Source: Arcobacter sp. 31_11_sub10_T18
Lineage (GTDB): Bacteria > Campylobacterota > Campylobacteria > Campylobacterales > Arcobacteraceae
Length of the DNA: 46,650 bases
Assembly: GCA_002163065.1 (NCBI GenBank)
Contig: MAAG01000100.1
Location: 1-46,650, forward strand
Direction of reading: 5' to 3'
In this document: positions 29,337-37,741 of the stretch, piece by piece
Numbering within the stretch: position 1 is the first letter of the stretch
Layout: the number at the start of each line of letters is the position of its first letter
Program-made: the position numbers and the translations under genes
The notes under the pieces: model-generated
What the model saw: the letters and a program-made list of their open reading frames with translations, nothing else
What the model was told of the DNA's origin: nothing
The model's database searches: none

Positions 29337-29861
29337 TTAAAACTTATAAGAAATCGAAATTATCGTAAAGTCTACTCCTGAATTATCTTCATGAATTCCA
29401 GCATTAGAATGATGTATATATCTAAAAGATAAATCAAAATCAGAAAATTTAAAACCAATACCAATTACATTTTCAAATTGAAAATGAGTTCCAAAATTTT
29501 CACCCTCTAATTTAGTTTTAGATAAATATGCAGCACCTACACCTGCTTCAATATATGGAATTGATTCATAATATTGACCAAAATCATATCTAAACATAGG
29601 TGTAAAAGAAATACTTTTAATATTACCACCACTTTCCCCTTCCCAATACCCAAGAGAGGTTTCGTAATATTTTGGCAAATATTTATACCTTTTTTCAAAA
29701 AAGTATTTATTTAAATCTTTTTTTATGGAGATTCTATAGATATCAATGTGTTCTGAAGAACTTCCGTATCCAACCGTGACATCATCTATTTCATCTTTGT
29801 CTTTTGCATAAATATTAAAACTTACAGCAAAAAATAACAATGTGATTATAAAAAGTCTCAT
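29337..29861 (-). CDS. Acyloxyacyl hydrolase / lipid A deacylase (PagL-like) outer-membrane protein
   Basis: Signal peptide (MRLFIITLLFFAVSFNIYA), small beta-barrel composition, and a C-terminal H-x-S-N motif (RYIHHSNAGIHEDNSG) ending in an aromatic residue. Confidence 0.68.
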   Translation of the reverse strand: MRLFIITLLFFAVSFNIYAKDKDEIDDVTVGYGSSSEHIDIYRISIKKDLNKYFFEKRYKYLPKYYETSLGYWEGESGGNIKSISFTPMFRYDFGQYYESIPYIEAGVGAAYLSKTKLEGENFGTHFQFENVIGIGFKFSDFDLSFRYIHHSNAGIHEDNSGVDFTIISISYKF

Positions 29862-30067
29862 AGTAAACTCCTTATGTGTTATAAGGTAAATATACTCTCA
29901 TGAAAATAAAATATAGTCCTTTTAATTTAACTAATATTATTTTAAAGAAAAGAACAATAATTTTTAGATTTTAATCTGGATTTTTGAAAAAGAAACTAGT
30001 TTTCTATTATTATATAAAATTTCAATTCATAATGATATAATAATCTAAATGTAAGAAATGAGTTCAT

Positions 30068-30553
30068 ATGACAATATCCGATTCTCAAAACACAACACAA
30101 TTACAATTTAAATTGACCCAAAAGCTGGGAGAATTAGACAGTGTTGCAAAAAAAGAGATACAAAGTAATTTTGTAAAAAATGACTTTATTGATATTTCAA
30201 ATGAGGGTAAATATGATAAAAATGACTATCAACGAGTACTAGATAAATTTAAAAGTAGTGACTCTGAAATAAGAACACATGAGCAAGCACACGCAGCTTC
30301 TGGGCATACAACAACACCAATTTCATATAAATATCAAACAGGTCCAGATGGAAACTTATATGCAGTAGGTGGGGAAGTTAGACTTGATACTTCAATACCA
30401 AGTGATCCCAAAGCAGCTGCTTTTAAACTTTCGCAAATACAAGAAAGCGCCACTGCCCCAAGTGCTTTAAGTAGTGCAGATGCACAAATATCAATTCAAG
30501 CGAACTTAAATAAAATGTTACTTTTAAGTAAAGGAGAAGAAAATGCAAGTTAA
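30068..30553 (+). CDS. SprA-related / putative HExxH metalloprotease-family protein
   Basis: 161 aa. HExxH motif (IRTHEQAHAASG) followed by the block YQTGPDGNLYAVGGEVRLDTS and APSALSSADAQI. I recognise this as the uncharacterised SprA-related (putative metalloprotease) family. Confidence 0.6.
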   Translation: MTISDSQNTTQLQFKLTQKLGELDSVAKKEIQSNFVKNDFIDISNEGKYDKNDYQRVLDKFKSSDSEIRTHEQAHAASGHTTTPISYKYQTGPDGNLYAVGGEVRLDTSIPSDPKAAAFKLSQIQESATAPSALSSADAQISIQANLNKMLLLSKGEENAS

Positions 30554-30782
30554 TAACAATTTAAATGCAATGAATAATTTAGAATTAAAACTAAATGGTT
30601 TAGCACAAAATATTGCAACAGTGGCTGATGTTTCAGGGGTTACTCAAAATCAAGAAGTAACAGATGATTTAATTAATTCTATTGTTGAACAAATACCCAC
30701 TGTCATTGCCTATGAGGCAAATGCAAATGCCATTAAAACACAAAATGCTGTTCATGATGTTCTGCTAGATCTTAAAGCTTAA
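30543..30782 (+). CDS. 79-aa protein with flagellar rod/hook-family N- and C-terminal (D0-type) motifs only
   Basis: It overlaps the previous gene by 11 nt, which suggests translational coupling. The N-terminus LNGLAQNIATVADVSG resembles the rod-protein ANNLANVNT motif. The C-terminus DDLINSIVEQIPTVIAYEANANAIKTQNAVHDVLLDLKA resembles the FlgEFG C-terminal motif (EEMVNLI..QRAYEAN.KVI.T.DEML). Confidence 0.55.
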   Translation: MQVNNNLNAMNNLELKLNGLAQNIATVADVSGVTQNQEVTDDLINSIVEQIPTVIAYEANANAIKTQNAVHDVLLDLKA

Positions 30783-31308
30783 GACCTTTAAGACTGTTAG
30801 CTAAACTCATTTTATCAAGTTGAGGATTTAGATGTTTAGCCAGTTCATGAATTTGTTTTTCATTAAAGACTTTTATTCCATTTTCTTCTAAAAGTTTTGT
30901 TGTAATCCCCACACCTGGAACCAGATTATGACCAAAAGTACCATCATAAATCCCATCATTACCACATGAAGGGGATTTTGACTTAAGTAGAGCAACTGTA
31001 ATATTCTCTTCTTTGCATAACTCAAGAGTATTTTTTGCTCCAATTAAAAAATTAATAGTTACATTTTCACCTGATTTGGTTTGTATCTTAAAGGGTTTAG
31101 TTGAACTAATAATTTCAGCAGCTTCTCGTGGTGTACTTAACCCCCCTGAAACCTCTGGGCAAAAAGAATATATACTGTGTTCACACATAATATCCATAAA
31201 CAATTCTTTCTCACCAAACGAGGAGCTTGTATTATACGCTATTGCAGAGTTCTCCCCATCATACCGAACATCCTCACCTAATAGACATGATGATACTAAA
31301 ATTTTCAT
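30772..31308 (-). CDS. DUF523-family protein (TudS-like thiouracil desulfidase family)
   Basis: Typical DUF523 start (MKILVSSCLLGEDVRYDG) and conserved Cys residues (FCPEVSGGL, KSPSCG). Confidence 0.78.
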   Translation of the reverse strand: MKILVSSCLLGEDVRYDGENSAIAYNTSSSFGEKELFMDIMCEHSIYSFCPEVSGGLSTPREAAEIISSTKPFKIQTKSGENVTINFLIGAKNTLELCKEENITVALLKSKSPSCGNDGIYDGTFGHNLVPGVGITTKLLEENGIKVFNEKQIHELAKHLNPQLDKMSLANSLKGLKL

Positions 31309-32069
31309 TCTACCTCACTATCAAGAAAATCTTTATCAAAAAAAGTTGAAGTTTGTAGGTTATTAAATGCAGCTTTCATTGAGACAAACATTTGAGGGTT
31401 ATCTTCTTCCATTTTAGCCAAAAGTTTTTTAGTATTTTCTCTAGCATGGGGCATTTTAATATCAAATCTCATGGCAGGACAGGCTTCATCACCAATAACC
31501 AAAAGTTCATTTGCATCTGCAAAAGCTCTTAATTGTCGTTCACGACAAAATATTAAAGGACGAATTACTTCAAGTCCATTTTCTGCTTTATATTTAGGAG
31601 GCATAGATCGAAGTGCTCCATTATATAAAAAATTCATAAAAAATGACTCAATTGCATCATCCAAATGATGTCCCAATGCCAACTTATTATAACCCTGTTC
31701 AATTGCCGTTGAATAAAGATATCCTCTTCTCATTCTAGAAAAAAATGAACAAAATGAAGAGTTTTTTCTTATTTTTTCTCCTGCTAATTCATAAATTTGA
31801 GTATCAATTATTTCATGATCAATTCCATGTTCAGCACAGTGTTTTGATAAAAACTCAACTTGTTCACCCATACCATAAGTAACTGTAACTGCTTTGAATT
31901 CGAAGTTAAAAGGAGTAACACGTTTTAAGCGATTCAAAGCATGAATAAGTGTAGTTGAGTCTTTTCCTCCTGAAAATCCCACTAAAATACGGTCACCTTC
32001 TTTTATTAAATCATAATTCGCATTTGTCCGTCCAACAACACTTGAAATTTTTTTACTTAATGATATCAA
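31305..32069 (-). CDS. PP-loop ATPase, TtcA-like tRNA thiolation enzyme family
   Basis: PP-loop SGGKDS (VGFSGGKDSTTL) and TtcA-type downstream blocks (LALGHHLDD, IRPLIFCRE). The stop overlaps the DUF523 start by 4 nt. Confidence 0.78.
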   Translation of the reverse strand: MISLSKKISSVVGRTNANYDLIKEGDRILVGFSGGKDSTTLIHALNRLKRVTPFNFEFKAVTVTYGMGEQVEFLSKHCAEHGIDHEIIDTQIYELAGEKIRKNSSFCSFFSRMRRGYLYSTAIEQGYNKLALGHHLDDAIESFFMNFLYNGALRSMPPKYKAENGLEVIRPLIFCRERQLRAFADANELLVIGDEACPAMRFDIKMPHARENTKKLLAKMEEDNPQMFVSMKAAFNNLQTSTFFDKDFLDSEVE

Positions 32070-32145
32070 CTTAACATTCCTAATATTTTTCGCGATTATA
32101 TCATAAAATGTAATATATTGAAAATATTTTTAAAAAGAATGCTTA

Positions 32146-33186
32146 TTATGCACCTATATCAAGTGATGATGAAAAAGAAGAAGTATTATCTTTTGGTTTA
32201 AAAGTGTTTGTATTATAGGAACTTGTGTAAAAGTTTTCATAGTTACTTGTGTTGTCAAACTTTTCATATGTGTTATCATTATCTTTTGGTTTATAGATAT
32301 CATCATTTTTGTCTTTAACTTCATTTCCAGGATTATTTAAGTCAGTTAACAGTCTAAGTGCAGTGGCTTGAGTAATATTTGCTTGAGCTATTGCAAACTT
32401 ACTTGATTGCTCTAAGAGTTTATATTTATCGAGAATTGCATTTTCTTCTGATTTATCCGTATTTAAAATATTCTCTCTAGCCTCGTTAGTAGTTTTTTCT
32501 ATGTTGGTTAAGTTTTCAATGGATATACCAATTTGTGTTTTAGACAACTCTAAACTATCAGAATAAGTATTTACAGATGTTATTGCAGTACTTATAACAG
32601 CAGTTTGTGAAATTGCCAGAGTTTCAGTAAGATTACCTGAGGTTAGGTTTTCTAGAGTACTCAATGATAAACCAGTACTATTTGACTGTAGAGAGGGGGA
32701 GAAAATTGTGCTTCCACTGTTTTCATCATAAAAAAGGCTAATAGAGTTACTTGTATTTGTACTTGAGTTAGATTCTTGAAGTGTATAGTTTCCCCCATAA
32801 CTTGTATCAGAAGCAATGTCATTTAATTGAGTAATTAAATCTATAATATCTACTCTTATTGCATCTCTGCTAGTATCACTAGTAGACCCATTTTTTGCAA
32901 GGGTGAGTCGTTCTTGAATAGACGTTAATAAGTTAACCTGATTGGTCAATGAGTTACTTGATAGTTGGACCAATGCAAGCCCACTATTTCCACTCTCAAT
33001 ACCTTGAAACAATGAAGATGAAGATTTTTTTAATGTATTTGAAGAAATTAACCCCGCAATATCATCAGCAGAGTCATTGATTTTAAGTCCACTTGTTAAT
33101 CTCTGAATTGAGTCAGAGACTTCATCTGTGAATCTAGATGTAATTAAATTATTAATAGTTTGTGATAGGTTAACATCAATAGTCAT
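32146..33186 (-). CDS. Flagellin-family protein with a non-canonical C-terminal extension
   Basis: Flagellin N-domain (IQRLTSGLKINDSADDIAGLI) and C-domain (KFAIAQANITQATALRLL), followed by 66 extra residues rich in N/D/K/T/S/Y. A GAGG RBS precedes the ATG. Confidence 0.7.
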   Translation of the reverse strand: MTIDVNLSQTINNLITSRFTDEVSDSIQRLTSGLKINDSADDIAGLISSNTLKKSSSSLFQGIESGNSGLALVQLSSNSLTNQVNLLTSIQERLTLAKNGSTSDTSRDAIRVDIIDLITQLNDIASDTSYGGNYTLQESNSSTNTSNSISLFYDENSGSTIFSPSLQSNSTGLSLSTLENLTSGNLTETLAISQTAVISTAITSVNTYSDSLELSKTQIGISIENLTNIEKTTNEARENILNTDKSEENAILDKYKLLEQSSKFAIAQANITQATALRLLTDLNNPGNEVKDKNDDIYKPKDNDNTYEKFDNTSNYENFYTSSYNTNTFKPKDNTSSFSSSLDIGA

Positions 33187-33230
33187 TGTCTACCTCACTT
33201 GTATATACTTATACGTCTATATTATATAAC

Positions 33231-33257
33231 AATATCAAAAAAATGTCTAATTTTTTA
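33231..33257 (-). promoter_or_regulatory. Weak sigma-28-like promoter candidate for the extended flagellin gene
   Basis: The minus strand reads TAAA-N16-TGATAT about 45 nt upstream of the ATG. The spacing is close to the FliA consensus TAAA-N15/16-(C)CGATA, but the conserved C of CGAT is a T here. Confidence 0.22.
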
Positions 33258-33354
33258 TTTGTAACAATTATTTAATAATAAAAAAAATAAAAGTACAATA
33301 TTTTTCAATGAAAATTAATTTTTTTTTGATAAAATACAGTATTAAAGGATCTAA

Positions 33355-33531
33355 ATGACTACAGAAGAAATTACACAATTTCAAAATACAATTAAAGACA
33401 CTATTCTGCCACTTGCAATGAATATGACTACAACTCAAATAGAGAACATTATTATGAGCGTAGGAGAAATTGATGATAAATTTAAAAATATGCTACTGGA
33501 GCAAGTTTTTATTTTAAAAAATAAAAAATAA
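33355..33531 (+). CDS. Small hypothetical protein (58 aa, absent from the supplied ORF track)
   Basis: My own translation gives MTTEEITQFQNTIKDTILPLAMNMTTTQIENIIMSVGEIDDKFKNMLLEQVFILKNKK followed by a stop. An AAAGGA RBS lies 6 nt upstream. The sequence looks predicted-helical. Confidence 0.4.
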   Translation: MTTEEITQFQNTIKDTILPLAMNMTTTQIENIIMSVGEIDDKFKNMLLEQVFILKNKK

Positions 33532-33557
33532 ATATATTATACAAGAGAGGATATCCA

Positions 33558-33755
33558 ATGGAATCATTGTTGCAATCCAAATTGAATTCAATCATAAGAT
33601 TAAAAACTTTTATAAACCATTCCATTCATTTATCTGATACTCAATTAAGAAGAATGATTACTAAGTCAATAAGAAATGAAAAAGATATTAGTCATGAAGA
33701 TAAAAAAGATGCCATTGAATACTTCTACGCATTACTACGTAAGCCTGATCAGTAG
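33558..33755 (+). CDS. Small hypothetical protein (65 aa)
   Basis: ORF-track ORF with a strong RBS (GAGAGGA 6 nt upstream). Charged, helical-looking sequence with no recognised family. Confidence 0.45.
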   Translation: MESLLQSKLNSIIRLKTFINHSIHLSDTQLRRMITKSIRNEKDISHEDKKDAIEYFYALLRKPDQ

Positions 33756-33804
33756 CTTTTATATTAGTATTGTGAAGGAATAAGTTTCTCTGGAATTTGT
33801 ACCT

Positions 33805-33897
33805 TCATACTTTTTTTTCAAGATATATAATTGCAGAGAAACTCAAAAAAGAAAACAAAATCAAACTGAATGATAAATAAATAAATTCTTGTTCCAT
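33805..33897 (-). CDS. Possible 30-aa hydrophobic peptide
   Basis: My own translation gives MEQEFIYLSFSLILFSFLSFSAIIYLEKKV followed by a stop, which is a single TM-like helix. An AAAGGG RBS lies 6 nt upstream. Very short, so weakly supported. Confidence 0.25.
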   Translation of the reverse strand: MEQEFIYLSFSLILFSFLSFSAIIYLEKKV

Positions 33898-34057
33898 AAT
33901 AACCCTTTGTGTAATTCATAACATTGTAATAAATTAATGTGGCGTAAAGGTGGTATTTATTGTAAATAATGTGTTTGTTTCATTTTATTCATAATCTTAA
34001 GTAAACAAAATTTTACCAAGAGTCTGCTAGTATAAGGTATAATCAAATGGAGTAACA

Positions 34058-35275
34058 ATGAGAAAATTTATAAATTATAGAGAGTCTTTAGACATATTAA
34101 ATAACATTGACTTTGGCACAAGATCAACACAAAAATTGTTTTTAAGTAATGCCCTTGATCAGATATTGGCCAATGATATTATTGCAGATCACAACTCACC
34201 AGCACACCCTACTTCTGGGATGGATGGTTATGCTATCAGATTTGAAGATCAAGAATTAAAACAGCTGGAAATTATTGATAAGAACCCTGCAGGGACTGTT
34301 GTAAACTCAAAGGTATCATTAGGGGTTTGTATTAAAACGTTTACTGGCTCGTTAATGCCAGAAGGAAGTGATACTTTAATTCCAATTGAAAATGTCACTG
34401 TTGTTGGATCTGATATAGTCATAGATAAGGTCGTTAACAAAACTTTTGCAACAAGAGATATTGGAGAAAACTATAAAAAAGATGAAGTTCTCATTGAAAA
34501 AGGTGCAAAAATTGGCTTTGCTGAAATTGGAGTTTTGGCATCATTAAATATTTCTCAAGTTGAAGTTTTTATTAACCCTACTGTTGCTATTGCATCAACG
34601 GGTACTGAAATACTTGATTTGGGAGAAGTGCAAACAAATGAATCTCAAATTAGAAGTTCAAACCACTTAACAATAGAAGCTTTGGTTAAAAAAGCCAATG
34701 TTAATACAATTCAAATGGGTGTAGTAGCAGATGATAAAAAAAGTATTACAACTTTGTTAAAAAACTGCTTAAAAACAGCGGATATTGTAGTTACCACAGG
34801 AGGTGTTTCTGTTGGTGATTACGATTTTGTACAAGATGTTATTAAAGAAGAATTGGATGCAGAAGTATTATTTCATGGGGTAAAAATAAAACCAGGCATG
34901 CATATACTAATTGCTAAAAAAGATGGGAAACTAATTATTGCCTTACCTGGATTTGCATACTCAAGTACTGTATGTGCAGTGCTTTATTTATTACCTATGA
35001 TATATAAACTAAGAGGTGCTGGTGAAACACTACCTATTGTTAAAGCTAGAATTTCCCAAGACTTTCCGTTAAAAATGCCAAAAACAATATTTTCAGCGTG
35101 TAATGTGAGTTATGAAAAAGGTGAATATATTATTAACTTTGAGGGGAAAAAATCAGGAACCAGTGCAATCTTAACCAATATGCTTGACTCCCCAGCTTTA
35201 TTAATTCAAGATGAGACTTCAAAAGATTTAAAAAAGGGTGATTTAGCCGATATCTTATTACTAAATCAATTATAA
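34058..35275 (+). CDS. moeA: Molybdopterin molybdenumtransferase
   Basis: MoeA domain order and motifs (SPAHPTSGMDGYAI, TGTEILD, TTGGVSVGDYDFV, KPGMH). Confidence 0.88.
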   Translation: MRKFINYRESLDILNNIDFGTRSTQKLFLSNALDQILANDIIADHNSPAHPTSGMDGYAIRFEDQELKQLEIIDKNPAGTVVNSKVSLGVCIKTFTGSLMPEGSDTLIPIENVTVVGSDIVIDKVVNKTFATRDIGENYKKDEVLIEKGAKIGFAEIGVLASLNISQVEVFINPTVAIASTGTEILDLGEVQTNESQIRSSNHLTIEALVKKANVNTIQMGVVADDKKSITTLLKNCLKTADIVVTTGGVSVGDYDFVQDVIKEELDAEVLFHGVKIKPGMHILIAKKDGKLIIALPGFAYSSTVCAVLYLLPMIYKLRGAGETLPIVKARISQDFPLKMPKTIFSACNVSYEKGEYIINFEGKKSGTSAILTNMLDSPALLIQDETSKDLKKGDLADILLLNQL

Positions 35276-35333
35276 GTACAAGAAATAAATAAATAGAGTC
35301 TTATTTTTATCCCTAGACTGGTTAAATTCTTAA

Positions 35334-36518
35334 CTAGCCTAGGTTTTTTTTAGGATTTACGCCTAAAGTCTTAAACTCGTCAACCCTTGATAATAAATTT
35401 CCTTTTCCTTCACTTAACTTATTAAATGCCAAATCATATGACCTTTGTGTTTTATCAATATTTTTTCCAATATCATGTAAATCATCAACAAAAGATGCAA
35501 ACTTATCATACATATGGGCTGCTTTTTTTGCTATTAGTTGTGCATTTTTATTTTGATATTCATATTGCCAAATATTTTCAATGGTCCTAAGTGTTATCAA
35601 AAGAGTTGACGAAGAAACAAGCATGATATTGTTTTCAAAGGCAGTTTTAAAAAGTGTACTCTCATTAGACACCGCCAGCATAAAAGCAGATTCGATAGGA
35701 ATAAACATCAATACAAAATCTAAAGATTTTATTTCTTGAATATTTTCATATTCTTTAGAGCTTAAATCTTTAATATGTTTTTTTAATGAGTTTATCAATT
35801 CTTTTAGTGCAAATGATTGCTCATCTTTATTTTGCGCTTCATTATACTTCAAATAAGACACTAAAGATACCTTAGAGTCAATTATAATATTTTTGTCTTG
35901 TGGCAGATGTAAAATCACATCAGGACGTACTCTTTTTCCTATTTCTGAAGTATATGAACTTTGAGTAGAATATTCCCGCCCCTCCTTTAATCCTGATTCT
36001 TCTAAAATTCGTGATAATATCATCTCACCCCAATCTCCTTGGGTTTTATTTTCCCCTTTTAAAGCTTGGGTTAAATTTATTGCATCTTGGCTTATTTGAT
36101 TATTTAACTCTTTGAGGTATTTAATTTCTCCTAAAAGTGATGTTCTCTGTTTCGTTTCATCGCTATATATTTCATTCACCCTATTCCCAAAGTTTTGGAT
36201 TTGGTCTTTTAGAGGCGTTAACACATTAGATAAATTGGTATTGGTTTTTTTTAAGTTTTGTTCCAATATTTTATTGGAAAGGTTTTCAAATTCAAGTTTT
36301 AATTGTTGTTTTGATTCATCTAAGATTTTAACTTTTTCTTCAAAGTGATCTCTTTCACTCTGAAGTTTATCGTTTATATTTTTAATTTTTAGATTTGATT
36401 CAAGAATAAATGATTTTAATTCTAATTTATGTTTTTGAGCAAGAAGCAGCCAAACTATGACTACCCCAAAAAACAAACCAGCAAAAAAAACTAAAAGTTC
36501 ATTTATTTCAACACTCAT
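35334..36518 (-). CDS. rmuC: DNA recombination protein RmuC
   Basis: N-terminal TM helix, a long coiled coil, and an RmuC C-terminal nuclease-like domain (GDWGEMILSRILE, PDVILHLP, IIIDSKVSL, FVLMFIPIE). Confidence 0.88.
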   Translation of the reverse strand: MSVEINELLVFFAGLFFGVVIVWLLLAQKHKLELKSFILESNLKIKNINDKLQSERDHFEEKVKILDESKQQLKLEFENLSNKILEQNLKKTNTNLSNVLTPLKDQIQNFGNRVNEIYSDETKQRTSLLGEIKYLKELNNQISQDAINLTQALKGENKTQGDWGEMILSRILEESGLKEGREYSTQSSYTSEIGKRVRPDVILHLPQDKNIIIDSKVSLVSYLKYNEAQNKDEQSFALKELINSLKKHIKDLSSKEYENIQEIKSLDFVLMFIPIESAFMLAVSNESTLFKTAFENNIMLVSSSTLLITLRTIENIWQYEYQNKNAQLIAKKAAHMYDKFASFVDDLHDIGKNIDKTQRSYDLAFNKLSEGKGNLLSRVDEFKTLGVNPKKNLG

Positions 36519-37729
36519 TAAGTACTATCACCACTTTTATAACCAAGTTCTTTTAATCTTTCCACCAAAGGTGGGTGAGAATAATAGAAAAACACATAAA
36601 TTGGATGAGATAAAGGAAAGGATTTATTTTCATTTGCCAGTTTTAATAACGCGGAAACCAAATCTTCTTTTGATGATAAATTACTTCCAAATTCATCTGC
36701 TGCGTATTCATTGTGACGACTGATTGCAGAAATTAATGGCATCAAGAAAAAAGATAAAATAGGCGAAAATATTAAAAATAAAACAATAATAGAATACGGT
36801 TCATTAGTTAAGTGTAATGTTTCAAATAATTCATTGGATAGATTTCCAAAAATTGCAAAAAATACAAATAAAACAAGTCCCATAATTCCAATATTCTTTA
36901 TGATATCACCATTTTTAAAATGTCCAAGTTCATGTCCTAAAACAGCTAAAAGTTCGTTATGAGTAAGTTTTTCAACCAAAGTATCATAAAGCACTACTCT
37001 TTTTGTACTTCCAAGACCACCAAAATAGGCATTTAATCTGTTATCTCTTTTACTGGCATCAATTTGAAATACACCAGAGCTTTTAAAGCCAACACCACTA
37101 AGAAGTTTTTCGATTTTTGATTCTAACTCTTTGTCCTTCAAAGGCTCAAACTTATCAAACATTTTATCTCTTATAATTGGATACAACATATTTATTAAAA
37201 TTAAAATTGCAAAAATAAATACAAACCCCCATATCCACCAAGTATCAAAACTTTTTATAATAAAAGAAATCCCAGCAATAACTGCACTTCCAAACAATAA
37301 AAATAAAAATCCAGTTTTTATAGTGTCTTTAACATATAAGGAAAAAGTCATATTTGAAAACCCGTAATCTTTATCTAATTTAAAAGTTGAGTATAGTTCA
37401 AAGGGTAATCCAAAAATCCAGTTAATAATAATAAATAAATCAACAAAGACAATTGCTTTGAGTAAACCATTTTCAATGTTTATAGCTTGGTCAAGTAGTT
37501 CTAGTCCAAAAACGATCCAAAATAAGAATAATATCAAATCATAACAATGAGATATTAATGAAATAGTTTCCTTGTCCATGGAATAATGTCCAGCTTCGGT
37601 ATACTTGTCTTTTTCTAAAATAACAGCAGTTTTTTTCATGGCACTTTTTACAAAATTCTTTTGTGAAATTGAAGTATAAACTGCAATTACATAATATAAA
37701 ATATATCCAATTATAAATATTTCTAACAC
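36518..37729 (-). CDS. M48-family (Ste24/HtpX-like) integral-membrane zinc metalloprotease
   Basis: Multiple TM segments, an HELGH zinc motif (AVLGHELGHFKNGD) and the downstream NEYAADEF glutamate. Confidence 0.85.
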   Translation of the reverse strand: MLEIFIIGYILYYVIAVYTSISQKNFVKSAMKKTAVILEKDKYTEAGHYSMDKETISLISHCYDLILFLFWIVFGLELLDQAINIENGLLKAIVFVDLFIIINWIFGLPFELYSTFKLDKDYGFSNMTFSLYVKDTIKTGFLFLLFGSAVIAGISFIIKSFDTWWIWGFVFIFAILILINMLYPIIRDKMFDKFEPLKDKELESKIEKLLSGVGFKSSGVFQIDASKRDNRLNAYFGGLGSTKRVVLYDTLVEKLTHNELLAVLGHELGHFKNGDIIKNIGIMGLVLFVFFAIFGNLSNELFETLHLTNEPYSIIVLFLIFSPILSFFLMPLISAISRHNEYAADEFGSNLSSKEDLVSALLKLANENKSFPLSHPIYVFFYYSHPPLVERLKELGYKSGDST

Positions 37730-37741
37730 GTTTCTAATCCT

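Noticed and set aside
29990-30050. A sigma-28-like TAAA-N14-TGATAT element upstream of the HExxH gene.
   Set aside because: The spacing is 2-3 nt too short and the conserved C of CGAT is missing. It cannot be told apart from background in this AT-rich spacer.
31141-31146. A C6 (G6 on the coding strand) homopolymer inside the DUF523 gene as a phase-variation tract.
   Set aside because: Six residues is shorter than the tracts (usually 8 or more) that slip at useful rates in Campylobacterota. It simply encodes Gly-Gly.
33756-34057. A possible Moco riboswitch in the 300-nt leader of moeA.
   Set aside because: The region is almost pure A/T and lacks the conserved GC-rich helices and loops I associate with the Moco RNA motif. 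It is better explained by a promoter plus a small minus-strand ORF.
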